The position numbers and the translations under genes were made by a program. From Candidatus Latescibacterota bacterium (lineage in GTDB: Bacteria > Latescibacterota > UBA2968), in contig OZ242195.1 of assembly GCA_965205975.1 (NCBI GenBank), forward strand, positions 1,088,001 to 1,152,000: a stretch of 64,000 nucleotides of DNA. The letters run 5' to 3'. This document shows, piece after piece, positions 20,829 to 30,643 of the stretch. Under the pieces are notes generated by a model, which ran no database searches, was not told the DNA's origin, and was given only the letters and a program-made list of their open reading frames with translations. The first letter of the stretch is position 1; each line of letters begins with the position of its first letter.

Positions 20829-20860
20829 GGAACGCCCGACCAGAGATACAGGTCTAATAA
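20829..20860 (+). promoter_or_regulatory. ECF (sigmaE-like) promoter of the YHYH/dockerin operon
   Basis: GGAACGC-N16-GTCTAATAA; a second copy lies at 58442-58473 on the minus strand. Confidence 0.7.
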
Positions 20861-20900
20861 TTCAGGGCCGAAGGGAGTAACCAATCCACCGGAGAAAAAA

Positions 20901-22469
20901 ATGACCAGATATACACATAAATCGCCTGCTTCTATTGACCGAAGGGATTTTATCCACCTGGCCGGTCTTGGCGTAATGGGCGCGCTTGTTCTGGGGCTGG
21001 ATGTTCCTGTTGGCGCGCAAAAACAGCCCAATTTTATTTTTATGGTTTCTGACGATCAGGGGTGGGATGGCCTTTCGGTGCAGATGCACGATGCGATTGC
21101 TGGCTCAAAGAGCGACTTCTATCTGACCCCCAATATCGAGAAACTGGCACAGCAGGGCATGCGCTTTTCGGCTGCTTATTCGCCTGCTCCTGTTTGTGCG
21201 CCAACCCGATGTAGCTTTCAAACGGGTAAGAGTCCAGCAAAGAACCACTGGACAACGGTAGCCCCTCGTCAGGGTGCCACAGAGAACCATAAGCTCATCA
21301 CACCGATACATGGCAGAAATCTTGTCAGGAGTGAGACGACGATTGCCGAAGTGTTGCAACAGGCAGGTTATGCCACGGCGCATTACGGCAAATGGCATCT
21401 GGGTGGTGGCGGACCGGGCAATCACGGTTATGATGTCCACGATGGCAATACGGGGAATCAGGATGCGGCGCCTCATGTCGATCCCAATCCGGTGGATATT
21501 TTTGGCATGTCCCGGCGTGCGAATGCGTTTATGGAAGAGAATACCGAAGCTGGCAAGCCATTCTTTATCCAGTTGTCTTATTATGCGCTGCATTATCCCC
21601 GGAATGCGCTGGAAAGCACGCGGCAGGCATACCTCAATCGACCGAGAGGGCGCGTCCATCAAAATGTCAATCGCGCGGCGATTACCGAAGACCTGGATAC
21701 GGGGGTGGGTATGATCATGGACCAGGTTGAGCAACTCGGCATTGGTGACCACACCTATCTGATTTACATGTCTGATAATGGTGCTGTGGGAGGCGGTCTG
21801 GGTGTGTTGCGCGGGTCGAAGGGTTCTCTGTGGGAGGGTGGTATTCGCGTGCCGTTGATCATCCAGGGACCAGGTATAGAGCCAAATGCAGTTTGTCACG
21901 AACGCGTGGTCGGTGTTGATCTGTTTCCCACGCTTTGCGAACTGGGCGGTGTAAGTCAGCCGTTGCCATCGGGTATTGAGGGGGGGAGTATCGCGTCGTT
22001 ATTATCTGGTGGGTCGGGTGCGGTTGTGAGACCTCGTGAGGAATTGGTCTTTCATTTTCCGCATTATCAAAGTGAGGATGATGGACCGCATTCGGCAATT
22101 ATATTGGACGATTACAAGCTGATCAAGTTTTACGAGACCGATGATGTGCGATTGTATGATTTGGTCAATGATATTGGGGAACAAAATGATTTGTCCAAAG
22201 ATATGGGGGAAGAAGCGATGCGCCTGCGCGAACGACTCGAACAGTATCTCGAGTCTGTTGACGCTCAGATGCCAGTGCCCAATCCGAATTATACGACAGG
22301 CAAGTCGAGTGATTTTAATGGCGATGGGGAAATCGATTTTGAGGATTTTCTCGAATTTGCCAGAGCTTATGGGTCGGAGGACGCCCGGTTTGATCTGGAC
22401 AATAGCGGGCAGGTGGATTTTGCCGATTTTTTGAGGTTTATACAAGATTTTAGCAGCGCGGGGAATTAG
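20901..22469 (+). CDS. Tat-exported sulfatase with a C-terminal dockerin-like/EF-hand pair
   Basis: DRRDFI signal, CAPTR, GKWHL; C-terminal DFNGDGEIDFEDF...DLDNSGQVDFADF. Confidence 0.92.
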   Translation: MTRYTHKSPASIDRRDFIHLAGLGVMGALVLGLDVPVGAQKQPNFIFMVSDDQGWDGLSVQMHDAIAGSKSDFYLTPNIEKLAQQGMRFSAAYSPAPVCAPTRCSFQTGKSPAKNHWTTVAPRQGATENHKLITPIHGRNLVRSETTIAEVLQQAGYATAHYGKWHLGGGGPGNHGYDVHDGNTGNQDAAPHVDPNPVDIFGMSRRANAFMEENTEAGKPFFIQLSYYALHYPRNALESTRQAYLNRPRGRVHQNVNRAAITEDLDTGVGMIMDQVEQLGIGDHTYLIYMSDNGAVGGGLGVLRGSKGSLWEGGIRVPLIIQGPGIEPNAVCHERVVGVDLFPTLCELGGVSQPLPSGIEGGSIASLLSGGSGAVVRPREELVFHFPHYQSEDDGPHSAIILDDYKLIKFYETDDVRLYDLVNDIGEQNDLSKDMGEEAMRLRERLEQYLESVDAQMPVPNPNYTTGKSSDFNGDGEIDFEDFLEFARAYGSEDARFDLDNSGQVDFADFLRFIQDFSSAGN

Positions 22470-22499
22470 CAAATAATTGTTTGTATAGGAGATTATATC

Positions 22500-23723
22500 A
22501 TGCGGTTTGTTGGGTTTGCGATGGTTGTGTGTTTGCTATGCGCTTTGAACACGAATGCCTACAGTGCGGATTCCTTATCCGTCGAGGCGGGCTATGGTCG
22601 GATTGTGCTTCCGGGGTCTCAGGTGGACCTCAAGGCCACACTTATCAATGGTCCGGGTGCCCAGGTTGTGTGGCGGCAAGTGCGCGGGACAGCGGCGACG
22701 ATCCGTTCACCAGACGCGCTGCAAACGACTGTGAGCGTTCCTGCCGATGTCAGCAGTGCGGAGACATTGCTATTTGAAGTGCGTGCTGAGATGGAATCGG
22801 GTCAACAAGCATCGGATACCGTTTGGATCGAGGTGTACGTACCTGAACAGAATTCCGCCGATCTGACGCTTATGGCAGATTTTTCGCCGAAAGTTGGCTG
22901 GGAGTGCAACCAGGATCCAGTAGAGGTTCCAGAGGTTCAGACCCGCGTTCTGGAAAATACCATCGAATACACGACCAATGGTATTCCCACCCATGCGACG
23001 GGAATATTTCCCAATCGGGGAAATCCGAACATGATTTGGTCGGTGCCGCAAACATGGCGAATTCCCCGCTATCCCGAAAAGACGGATACGCCCACTGAAA
23101 TGGCTACATTTGGCATTACGCTCGAGGGCATCAAACTCGAACCCGGCACTGCGGAGAGTTATCGCAATCAGCGGCAGTGGAATTACGAGGCACTGACCCC
23201 GGGTATGGCGCACCGATTGAGCGGCAATGCGCGGTTCGAATGGCTGGGTACAGATTGCAATAACGCACACGTTCAGCCAACGGGCATTTACCACTACCAC
23301 GGCGTGCCGCATGGCCTGGTCAATGAACTCGCCAGTGAAGCAGAGGGCCAGGCGATGGTATTGGTCGGGTATGCTGCCGATGGTTTTCCAGTCTATGTCG
23401 CCAGCGGACCCAATGCTCCTGAGGGGAGTTGGGAATTGCGCTCAGGCACGCGAGAAAGCGGGCCCGGGGGGGAATACGACGGCACATTTCGGGAAGATTG
23501 GCAATTTGTTGAGGGATCGGGTGACCTCGATCAATGCAATGGTCGGTTTGGGGTTACACCCGAGTTTTCGAAAGGAATATATCATTACTATCTTACCGAC
23601 GACTATCCGTACATGCCCCGCTGTGTCTGGGGGACGCCCGATCCTTCGTTCCGTCAACGCCGGGCTGGTGGACGACCTCCCGGCGGCCCGGGTTTCAGAA
23701 GGCGTCCACCGCGGCGGCGCTGA
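22500..23723 (+). CDS. Secreted YHYH-domain protein with a PKD/Ig-like N-domain
   Basis: Signal peptide, GIYHYHG, GYAADGFP and GDLDQCNG; Arg/Gly/Pro-rich tail. Confidence 0.88.
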   Translation: MRFVGFAMVVCLLCALNTNAYSADSLSVEAGYGRIVLPGSQVDLKATLINGPGAQVVWRQVRGTAATIRSPDALQTTVSVPADVSSAETLLFEVRAEMESGQQASDTVWIEVYVPEQNSADLTLMADFSPKVGWECNQDPVEVPEVQTRVLENTIEYTTNGIPTHATGIFPNRGNPNMIWSVPQTWRIPRYPEKTDTPTEMATFGITLEGIKLEPGTAESYRNQRQWNYEALTPGMAHRLSGNARFEWLGTDCNNAHVQPTGIYHYHGVPHGLVNELASEAEGQAMVLVGYAADGFPVYVASGPNAPEGSWELRSGTRESGPGGEYDGTFREDWQFVEGSGDLDQCNGRFGVTPEFSKGIYHYYLTDDYPYMPRCVWGTPDPSFRQRRAGGRPPGGPGFRRRPPRRR

Positions 23724-23757
23724 AACGATAGGGTATGAAGATTATAAGAAGAGGCTA

Positions 23758-25164
23758 ATGATGAGGCGAAAATTGAGGATGTTCAGATTGGTTTTTTGCC
23801 TGATGAGTGTGTTGTGTACCAGTTATGCAGAAGGGCACATGCTCTACAGCGATGAGAGTGATGTGACGGATTTCAATGGCGACGGAAAAACGGATTTCGA
23901 TGATTTTATTTTGTTCGTGGCCGCATTTGATTCACAACAGGTGCCGTTCGATCTAAATGGGAATGGTCTGGTAGATTTTCCCGATTTTCTGATATTTGTC
24001 GCCCAATTTGGTCAAACGTCTCCGCACGAAACGCCAGATACCTTATCCGTCGAGGCGGGCTATGGTCGGATTGTTCTTCCGGGTACACAGGTGCAACTCA
24101 ACGCCACGCTTAATGGTTCGGGTGCTCAGATTGCGTGGCGGCAAGTGGGCGGCATCGTGGCGGAGATTCGTTCACCAAACGCGCTCCAGCCGATTGTTAG
24201 CGTTCCCGCTATGGTCGGCCAGCCGGAGACCTTGCTGTTTGAAGTGCGTGCCGAAAAGGGTTCGGGGCAACAAGACTCGGATATCGTTTGGGTCGAGGCG
24301 TACGTGCCGCAACAGGATGTCACAGATTTGACGCTTGTGGCTGATTTTTCGCCGAGAAATGGTTGGGAGTGTAACCGCGATCCCGTCGCGGTTCCCGAGG
24401 TGCATACCCGCGTTCTGGATACGGTGATTGAATATACTACCAATGGCATTCCCGCCCATGCCACGGGACATTTTCCCAATCGGGGAAATCCAAATACGAT
24501 AGCCCCGGTGACGCAAACCTGGCGGATTCCCCGCTATCCCGAAAAGACGGATACACCTACTGATATGGCTACATTTGGCATCACGCTGGACGGTATCAAA
24601 CTCGAGCGCGATACCGCCGAGAGTTATCGCAACCAACGGCAGTGGAGTTACGAGGCACTGACCCCGGGTATGGCGCGCCGATTGAGCGGCAATGCGCGGT
24701 TCGAATGGCTGGGGACAGATTGCAATAACGCGCACGTTCAGCCAACTGGTGTGTACCACTACCACGGCGTGCCGCACGGCCTGGTCAATGAACTCGCCAG
24801 TGAGGCAGAGGGCCAGGCGATGGTATTGGTCGGATATGCTGCCGATGGTTTTCCATTTTATGTCGCCCTCGGACCCGATGCGCCCGAGGGTAGTTGGGAA
24901 TTGCGCCAGGGTACGCGAGAAAGCGCGCCGGGAGGGGCTTATGACGGCACGTTTCGGGAAGATTGGCGATATGTCGGGGGATCGGGCGACCTGGATCAGT
25001 GCAATGGTCGGTTCGGGGTGACGCCCGAGTTTCCGGAAGGGATCTACCATTATTATCTGACCGAGGATTACCCGTACATACCTCGCTGTGTCTGGGGGAC
25101 GCCCGATTCTTCGTTTCGGCGACGTCGGGCTGGTGGCCCACCTCCCGGTGGTCCAGGAGGTTGA
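23758..25164 (+). CDS. Secreted dockerin-like + PKD-like + YHYH protein (tandem paralog of 22500-23723)
   Basis: True start MMRRKLR at 23758; DFNGDGKTDFDDF; GVYHYHG. Confidence 0.88.
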   Translation: MMRRKLRMFRLVFCLMSVLCTSYAEGHMLYSDESDVTDFNGDGKTDFDDFILFVAAFDSQQVPFDLNGNGLVDFPDFLIFVAQFGQTSPHETPDTLSVEAGYGRIVLPGTQVQLNATLNGSGAQIAWRQVGGIVAEIRSPNALQPIVSVPAMVGQPETLLFEVRAEKGSGQQDSDIVWVEAYVPQQDVTDLTLVADFSPRNGWECNRDPVAVPEVHTRVLDTVIEYTTNGIPAHATGHFPNRGNPNTIAPVTQTWRIPRYPEKTDTPTDMATFGITLDGIKLERDTAESYRNQRQWSYEALTPGMARRLSGNARFEWLGTDCNNAHVQPTGVYHYHGVPHGLVNELASEAEGQAMVLVGYAADGFPFYVALGPDAPEGSWELRQGTRESAPGGAYDGTFREDWRYVGGSGDLDQCNGRFGVTPEFPEGIYHYYLTEDYPYIPRCVWGTPDSSFRRRRAGGPPPGGPGG

Positions 25165-25200
25165 CGAAGTCCATCGCTACACATTCGAGGGCGAGCAGTT

Positions 25201-25227
25201 GTAGGGACGATGCCTTTGTGCTCGCCC
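25201..25227 (+). repeat. GTAG-type REP-like palindrome remnant
   Basis: GTAGGGACGATGCCTTTGTGCTCGCCC in the intergenic gap; GGGCGAGCA just upstream can pair with it. Only one copy seen. Confidence 0.4.
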
Positions 25228-25281
25228 ATCGGATGATCACATAACTTGATCGGGTATATCTGCGCGGAGGAGACAGACATC

Positions 25282-26439
25282 ATGTTTTTTAAATTATTGA
25301 AATCAAAATGGGTGCTGGGTGCGGTCTTCGCTTTATTTTGTATTTTTAGCCCAATCACTTTGAAAGCGTCACTGCCCGATTTTGATGGCGATGGCAAGGT
25401 CGATTTTTCCGATTTTCTACTTTTTGTAGCTGTATTTGGGCAATCGGCAGTTGGGCAAAATGCGATTTACGATCTGGACACAAGTGGAACAGTCGATTTT
25501 GGAGATTTTTTAATTTTTGCTACTGCATTTGGACAACCCGTCTCTGATCCTATTCGCGGTGTTAGCACTCAAGGATTTGCAACGCAAACAATTGCCAATT
25601 TGCTCGATTGTCCCGGGGGGCGTATAAGTCGTGTGGGGACAATTACATCTGACGATGGCAATGTGTGGATTATGCCTGCCGAGACGCAATACACAACCGC
25701 GAGACATGCATCGGATATGTATAACCAATGCACAGGTGTTTTCACTTCCAATAGCAGTGCTTTCAATTTGTCGGCTGTGCCAGTTGTAGAGATCGATCAA
25801 GACGGTGAGACGATTACGGGATATATCTTTGCTGACAATTACTTTGAATTGTATGTGAACGGTATCTTGATCGCGGTTGATGCAGTTCCGTTCACCCCGT
25901 TTAATTCGAGCATGGTTCGGTTTAAGGTTAAGCGGCCATTTACGATTGCAATGAAGTTGGTTGATTGGGAAGAGAATTTGGGGCTTGGTACAGAAGCTAA
26001 TCGCAATTTTTTACATCATCCTGGAGATGGTGGTTTGGTAGCGAGTTTTCACGATGCCAATGGAAATACTGTTGCAATTACAAATGATCAATGGAAAGCG
26101 CAGACCTTCTATATTGCACCCATTAGAGATTTGAGCTGTATTGTCGAGAGGGAAACCGAGCATTTGTCCGGCGACTGTGACACGCGTGGTACAAATGATG
26201 GCAGTCAATTTTACGCAATGCACTATTCCGTCCCATCTAACTGGTCTGAAAGCGACTTTGATGATTCGGCCTGGCCACGGGCATATACTTATACAAATGC
26301 GACAGTTGGCGTGAACAATAAACCCGCATATACAAATTTTACGGATCTATTTGATGATCCTGAGCACGATGCACAATTTATCTGGTCGTCGAATCTCATT
26401 TTGGACAATGAAGTGATTGTGCGATATACCGTAAAGTAG
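25282..26439 (+). CDS. Secreted dockerin-like protein with an uncharacterised C-terminal domain
   Basis: Signal peptide, DFDGDGKVDFSDF...DLDTSGTVDFGDF, then an ADNYFELYVNG...IWSSNL domain. Confidence 0.82.
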   Translation: MFFKLLKSKWVLGAVFALFCIFSPITLKASLPDFDGDGKVDFSDFLLFVAVFGQSAVGQNAIYDLDTSGTVDFGDFLIFATAFGQPVSDPIRGVSTQGFATQTIANLLDCPGGRISRVGTITSDDGNVWIMPAETQYTTARHASDMYNQCTGVFTSNSSAFNLSAVPVVEIDQDGETITGYIFADNYFELYVNGILIAVDAVPFTPFNSSMVRFKVKRPFTIAMKLVDWEENLGLGTEANRNFLHHPGDGGLVASFHDANGNTVAITNDQWKAQTFYIAPIRDLSCIVERETEHLSGDCDTRGTNDGSQFYAMHYSVPSNWSESDFDDSAWPRAYTYTNATVGVNNKPAYTNFTDLFDDPEHDAQFIWSSNLILDNEVIVRYTVK

Positions 26440-26469
26440 TGTTATGCTATGGTGAGAGGAATTGGCCCA

Positions 26470-27897
26470 ATGAAGCGTAGAGAGTTTCTCGGTGTCGTCG
26501 GTGCTGGTGTATGTGGGGTGGCGGTGGCTAATGCGTTTGGTCAAGTTACTTCTAAGCGTCCCAAACAACCTAATTTTATTTTTATGGTTTCTGACGATCA
26601 GGGGTGGGATGGCCTTTCGGTGCAGATGCACGATGCAGTTGCTGACTCAAAGAGCGACTTTTATCAGACCCCTAATCTCGAAAAATTGGCACAACAAGGC
26701 ATGCGTTTTTCGGCTGCTTATTCGCCTTCGCCTGTATGTTCGCCCACGCGGTGCAGTCTTCAAACGGGCAAGAGTCCGGCGCAGAACCACTGGACAAAAG
26801 CATCTCCTATCATGACCGCTGCAGATGGCTATAAACTCATCCCTCCTATGCATGGCAAAAATCTCTCCAATGGTGAGACGACGATTGCTGAGATGTTGAA
26901 ACAGGCTGGTTATACCACAGCGCATTATGGCAAATGGCATCTCGGTGGTGGCGGACCGGGACGTCACGGTTATGACGTACACGATGGAAATACGGGCAAC
27001 GGGAATGCGGCTCCTTTTGTCGATCCCAATCCGGTAGATATTTTCGGTATGTCCAGACGTGCCAATGCGTTTATGGAGGAGAATACAAAAGCTGGCAAGC
27101 CGTTTTTTATTCAGTTGTCTTATTATGCCTTGCATTATCCCCAGAATGCGCTGGCGAGTACGCGGCAGGCATACGAAAATCGGTTGACAGGGCACAACTA
27201 TCGGGAGATCAACCGTGCGGCGATTACCGAAGACCTGGATACGGGTGTGGGTATGATTATGGATCAAGTTGAGAAACTCGGTATTGGAGATCACACGTAT
27301 CTGATTTACATGTCAGATAATGGAGCGAGTGGAAGAGGTCGGGGTGTGTTGCGTGGGTCAAAGGGTTCTCTGTGGGAGGGTGGTATTCGCGTGCCATTGA
27401 TTATCCAGGGACCTGGTATAGAGCCAAATACGTTTTGTCACGAGCGGGTGGTCGGCTTTGATTTGTTTCCCACGCTTTGCGAATTGGGCGGTGTGAGCCA
27501 GCCGTTGCCATCAGGTATTGAGGGCGGTAGCATCACGTCGTTATTATCAGGTGGTAAGGGCGTGGTTGAGAGACCGCGTGAGGAACTTGTGTTTCATTTT
27601 CCACATTATCAAAGCGGGGATGGACCGCATTCGGCAATCATGTTGGGCGATTACAAGCTGATTAAACTTTATGAGACCGATGAAGTGCGCCTGTTTGATC
27701 TGAGTAAGGATATAGGTGAGGAGAATGATCTGGCAGGTCGCAAACCTGAGGTTGTTGAGAAATTGCACGATCAACTGAATGAATATTTAGCATCCGTTGA
27801 TGCCCAAATGCCCCAGCCCAATCCGTATTACGATCCGAGTTGGCCGGTCGGTGGGCGAAGGGGGAGAAATAATCGGAGGAGAAGGAATCAGAGATGA
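26470..27897 (+). CDS. Tat-exported sulfatase (paralog of 20901-22469)
   Basis: MKRREFL signal, CSPTR; Arg-rich C-tail. Confidence 0.93.
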   Translation: MKRREFLGVVGAGVCGVAVANAFGQVTSKRPKQPNFIFMVSDDQGWDGLSVQMHDAVADSKSDFYQTPNLEKLAQQGMRFSAAYSPSPVCSPTRCSLQTGKSPAQNHWTKASPIMTAADGYKLIPPMHGKNLSNGETTIAEMLKQAGYTTAHYGKWHLGGGGPGRHGYDVHDGNTGNGNAAPFVDPNPVDIFGMSRRANAFMEENTKAGKPFFIQLSYYALHYPQNALASTRQAYENRLTGHNYREINRAAITEDLDTGVGMIMDQVEKLGIGDHTYLIYMSDNGASGRGRGVLRGSKGSLWEGGIRVPLIIQGPGIEPNTFCHERVVGFDLFPTLCELGGVSQPLPSGIEGGSITSLLSGGKGVVERPREELVFHFPHYQSGDGPHSAIMLGDYKLIKLYETDEVRLFDLSKDIGEENDLAGRKPEVVEKLHDQLNEYLASVDAQMPQPNPYYDPSWPVGGRRGRNNRRRRNQR

Positions 27898-28052
27898 TTT
27901 TGTATTCGTTAGAAGAACCGAAAACAGATTTGAGAATACCCATCTTTTTTATAGTTGTAACGCTTGACAATCCCACCAGCGGTGTTCCAATTGGACAGGT
28001 AAGATATTTCCTTGGGCTTGAGGAATTGGAGACTACAGGAGGTGGCAAATGA
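27894..28052 (+). CDS. 52-aa ORF translationally coupled at both ends
   Basis: ATGA overlaps with both the upstream stop and the downstream start. Confidence 0.5.
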   Translation: MILYSLEEPKTDLRIPIFFIVVTLDNPTSGVPIGQVRYFLGLEELETTGGGK

Positions 28053-30643
28053 TGAGGCGAAAATTGAGGATGCTCGGATTGGTTTTTTGCGTGATGAGTA
28101 TGTTATGTGCCAGTTATGCGGAAGGGCACATGCTCTACAGTGATGAAAGTGATGTGACAGATTTCAATGGCGACGGAGAAACGGATTTTGAGGATTTTAT
28201 CTTGTTCGCGTCTGCATTTGGTTCACAACAGGTGCAGTTCGATCTAAATGGGAATGGTCTGGTGGATCTTCCCGACTTTCTGGTGTTTATATCTTCATTT
28301 GGACAGCCTGGGGCTGGATCCTCTGGTGGTACACAGGGCGATGCCCCTGTGAGCGCACAAGCATTCCAGCATTTTGCCGATCGGCTGAATATCCAGTGGG
28401 ATGATGATTTTTTATATATCGAGTCCGATGCTTTTCCAGATCACCGCATGATGGTGGGGATTACAGCCTGGAATCAGCAGGTGCCTTTGCCGCAGCCTTA
28501 TCAGGGCGATAATGCATGGCAGATTCCATTGAAACCTGCGGTTGCAGATGTGCCAGTTTATGCAAGCCAGACGCTGTTTCGGGGGGCTATTGGTCTGGCT
28601 ATTAACGGCGTGCCCATTTTTAATCCCATCAAACAGAATGGTCGCACAGATACGTATTTGGCTGGGGAATTAGATGAATTTGGGGGGCATGCCGGTCGTG
28701 CGGACGACTATCACTACCATATCGCGCCGTTGTTTCTGAACAAAAAAGTGGGCGATGCCGTACCTATTGCGTATGCCCTGGATGGCTATCCGATGTATGG
28801 TCTCAATGAACCCGATGGGACTCCAGCGAGGAACTTGGACGATTTGAACGGACATTTTGATGCAGATGGAAATTATCACTATCACAGCACGCTGGATTAT
28901 CCCTATGTCAATGGCGGATTTAAGGGTGTTATTGAACTTTTTAGGGGAGAAGAAGTCGCAAATCAACCCCGTACAAGGCCCGTTCGACCTTCGGGCACGG
29001 GTATGAGAGCGAATATCACAGATTTTGTGAAGGGGGCAGATGGCTGGTATCGGCTTACGTATGAGGCAAACGGTGGAACACAGGCGATTGCCTATTTTCT
29101 GAGACCAGATGGGGATTATGATTTTCAATTTACAGATGCCAGTGGCAATATCACGCGACAGGCTTACCGCTCCAATGGGAGTGTTGCAGTAGAAGGTGAT
29201 GCGGGAACGTCCGGTCAGGGCGGTGTGTCTAATGATTCAGGCCCCCAAACTGTAACCGATCCACCCGATACGGATTCCGATTCTTTGTTTGTTGCGTCCG
29301 AGTTGTTGGGACGACCAACCGACAGATCCGTGACTGTCAATGTGGTTCCATCAGCAGACCTGGAAATTTATCTGGAATACGGAACAGAATCAGGTGTTTA
29401 CACAAATCAGACATCCGTAGTGATGGGGGCACGAGATACACCGATTGAAATTGCGATGGAGGGGTTGCTTTCTGACACGCGGTATTATTATCGAACGCGC
29501 TACCGGCGCGCAGGAGAAACAGAGTTCAAAAGGCGAGGCGAATATACGTTTCACACATATCGTCCACCGGGTACAACATTCACTTTTTCAATTCAGGCCT
29601 GCGCACATTTAGATGGTCGATCCAGTCTGGAACTCTATCATCGATCACTGGAAAATGTCGCAGCATATCAGTCCGATTTTCTCATTGATCTCGGTGATAC
29701 CTTTATGTGCAATAAACACTCGGAACCACTTACGGCGACTGTAAGACCCGCACCCGATTACGCAACCGTTGAGCGTCGGTATTTGTATGAGCGCGGGAAT
29801 TTTGGAAAGATTACACATTCTATTCCGCTGTTTCTCGTCAATGGCAACCACGATGGGGAAGAGGGGTGGTCCTTGAATGGGACGCCAAACAATGTGGCTG
29901 TTTGGGCTACATTGGCGCGTAAAAAATATTATACGAATCCCATACCAGATGTGTTCTATTCCGGGGATTCCGATGAAGAGCCGTTTGTTGGTGTGAGAGA
30001 GAGTTATTATTCGTGGTCGTGGGGAGACGCGCTATTTGTTGTGATTGACCCTTATTGGTACACGGCGACAAAACCCAAACGAGGCGGCGTATCGGATAAC
30101 TGGCGCTGGACCCTTGGCGCAAAGCAATATCAGTGGCTGCGACAGGTGCTGGAGGCGAGTGATGCGACCTTTAAGTTTGTATTTTCACATCAACTGGTGG
30201 GGGGTATTCATACAGGAGAAGGACGCGGCGGTATTGAGATGGCTCCGTATTACGAATGGGGCGGAAAGAATAGAGACGACAGTTGGGGGTTTGACACAAA
30301 ACGCGCGGGATGGGACAAGCCGATTCATCAATTGATGGTGGAGAATAATGTGTCGGCTTTTTTTCACGGTCATGACCATGTGTTTGTGAAGCAGGAGTTA
30401 GATGAGGTGGTGTATCAGGTGTTGCCACAACCCAGTAATACCAATTATCGGAATGGTGACAAGATAGCTGTTGAAGGGGGGTATTTGAACGGCACTGTCC
30501 TGGGAAATTCGGGACATCTGCGTGTGACTGTTTCTCCTGATGATGTTGTGGTGGAATACATTAGAGCTTATCTGCCAAGAGATGAAGGTGCTGGACGGAC
30601 AAATGGTGAGGTGAGCTATTCTTATCGGATAGAGAAAAGATGA
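28049..30643 (+). CDS. Secreted dockerin-like + YHYH + metallophosphoesterase fusion
   Basis: DFNGDGETDFEDF; DYHYH and NYHYH; DLGD, GNHD and HGHDH motifs. Confidence 0.88.
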   Translation: MMRRKLRMLGLVFCVMSMLCASYAEGHMLYSDESDVTDFNGDGETDFEDFILFASAFGSQQVQFDLNGNGLVDLPDFLVFISSFGQPGAGSSGGTQGDAPVSAQAFQHFADRLNIQWDDDFLYIESDAFPDHRMMVGITAWNQQVPLPQPYQGDNAWQIPLKPAVADVPVYASQTLFRGAIGLAINGVPIFNPIKQNGRTDTYLAGELDEFGGHAGRADDYHYHIAPLFLNKKVGDAVPIAYALDGYPMYGLNEPDGTPARNLDDLNGHFDADGNYHYHSTLDYPYVNGGFKGVIELFRGEEVANQPRTRPVRPSGTGMRANITDFVKGADGWYRLTYEANGGTQAIAYFLRPDGDYDFQFTDASGNITRQAYRSNGSVAVEGDAGTSGQGGVSNDSGPQTVTDPPDTDSDSLFVASELLGRPTDRSVTVNVVPSADLEIYLEYGTESGVYTNQTSVVMGARDTPIEIAMEGLLSDTRYYYRTRYRRAGETEFKRRGEYTFHTYRPPGTTFTFSIQACAHLDGRSSLELYHRSLENVAAYQSDFLIDLGDTFMCNKHSEPLTATVRPAPDYATVERRYLYERGNFGKITHSIPLFLVNGNHDGEEGWSLNGTPNNVAVWATLARKKYYTNPIPDVFYSGDSDEEPFVGVRESYYSWSWGDALFVVIDPYWYTATKPKRGGVSDNWRWTLGAKQYQWLRQVLEASDATFKFVFSHQLVGGIHTGEGRGGIEMAPYYEWGGKNRDDSWGFDTKRAGWDKPIHQLMVENNVSAFFHGHDHVFVKQELDEVVYQVLPQPSNTNYRNGDKIAVEGGYLNGTVLGNSGHLRVTVSPDDVVVEYIRAYLPRDEGAGRTNGEVSYSYRIEKR

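Noticed and set aside
20754..20900. Upstream in-frame start for the sulfatase
   Set aside because: It runs through a terminator and the ECF promoter; ATG 20901 has an SD and is followed by a Tat signal.
23227..23757. N-terminal extension of the 645-aa ORF
   Set aside because: It overlaps the 22500-23723 gene in another frame. The real start is the signal peptide at 23758, which matches 28049.
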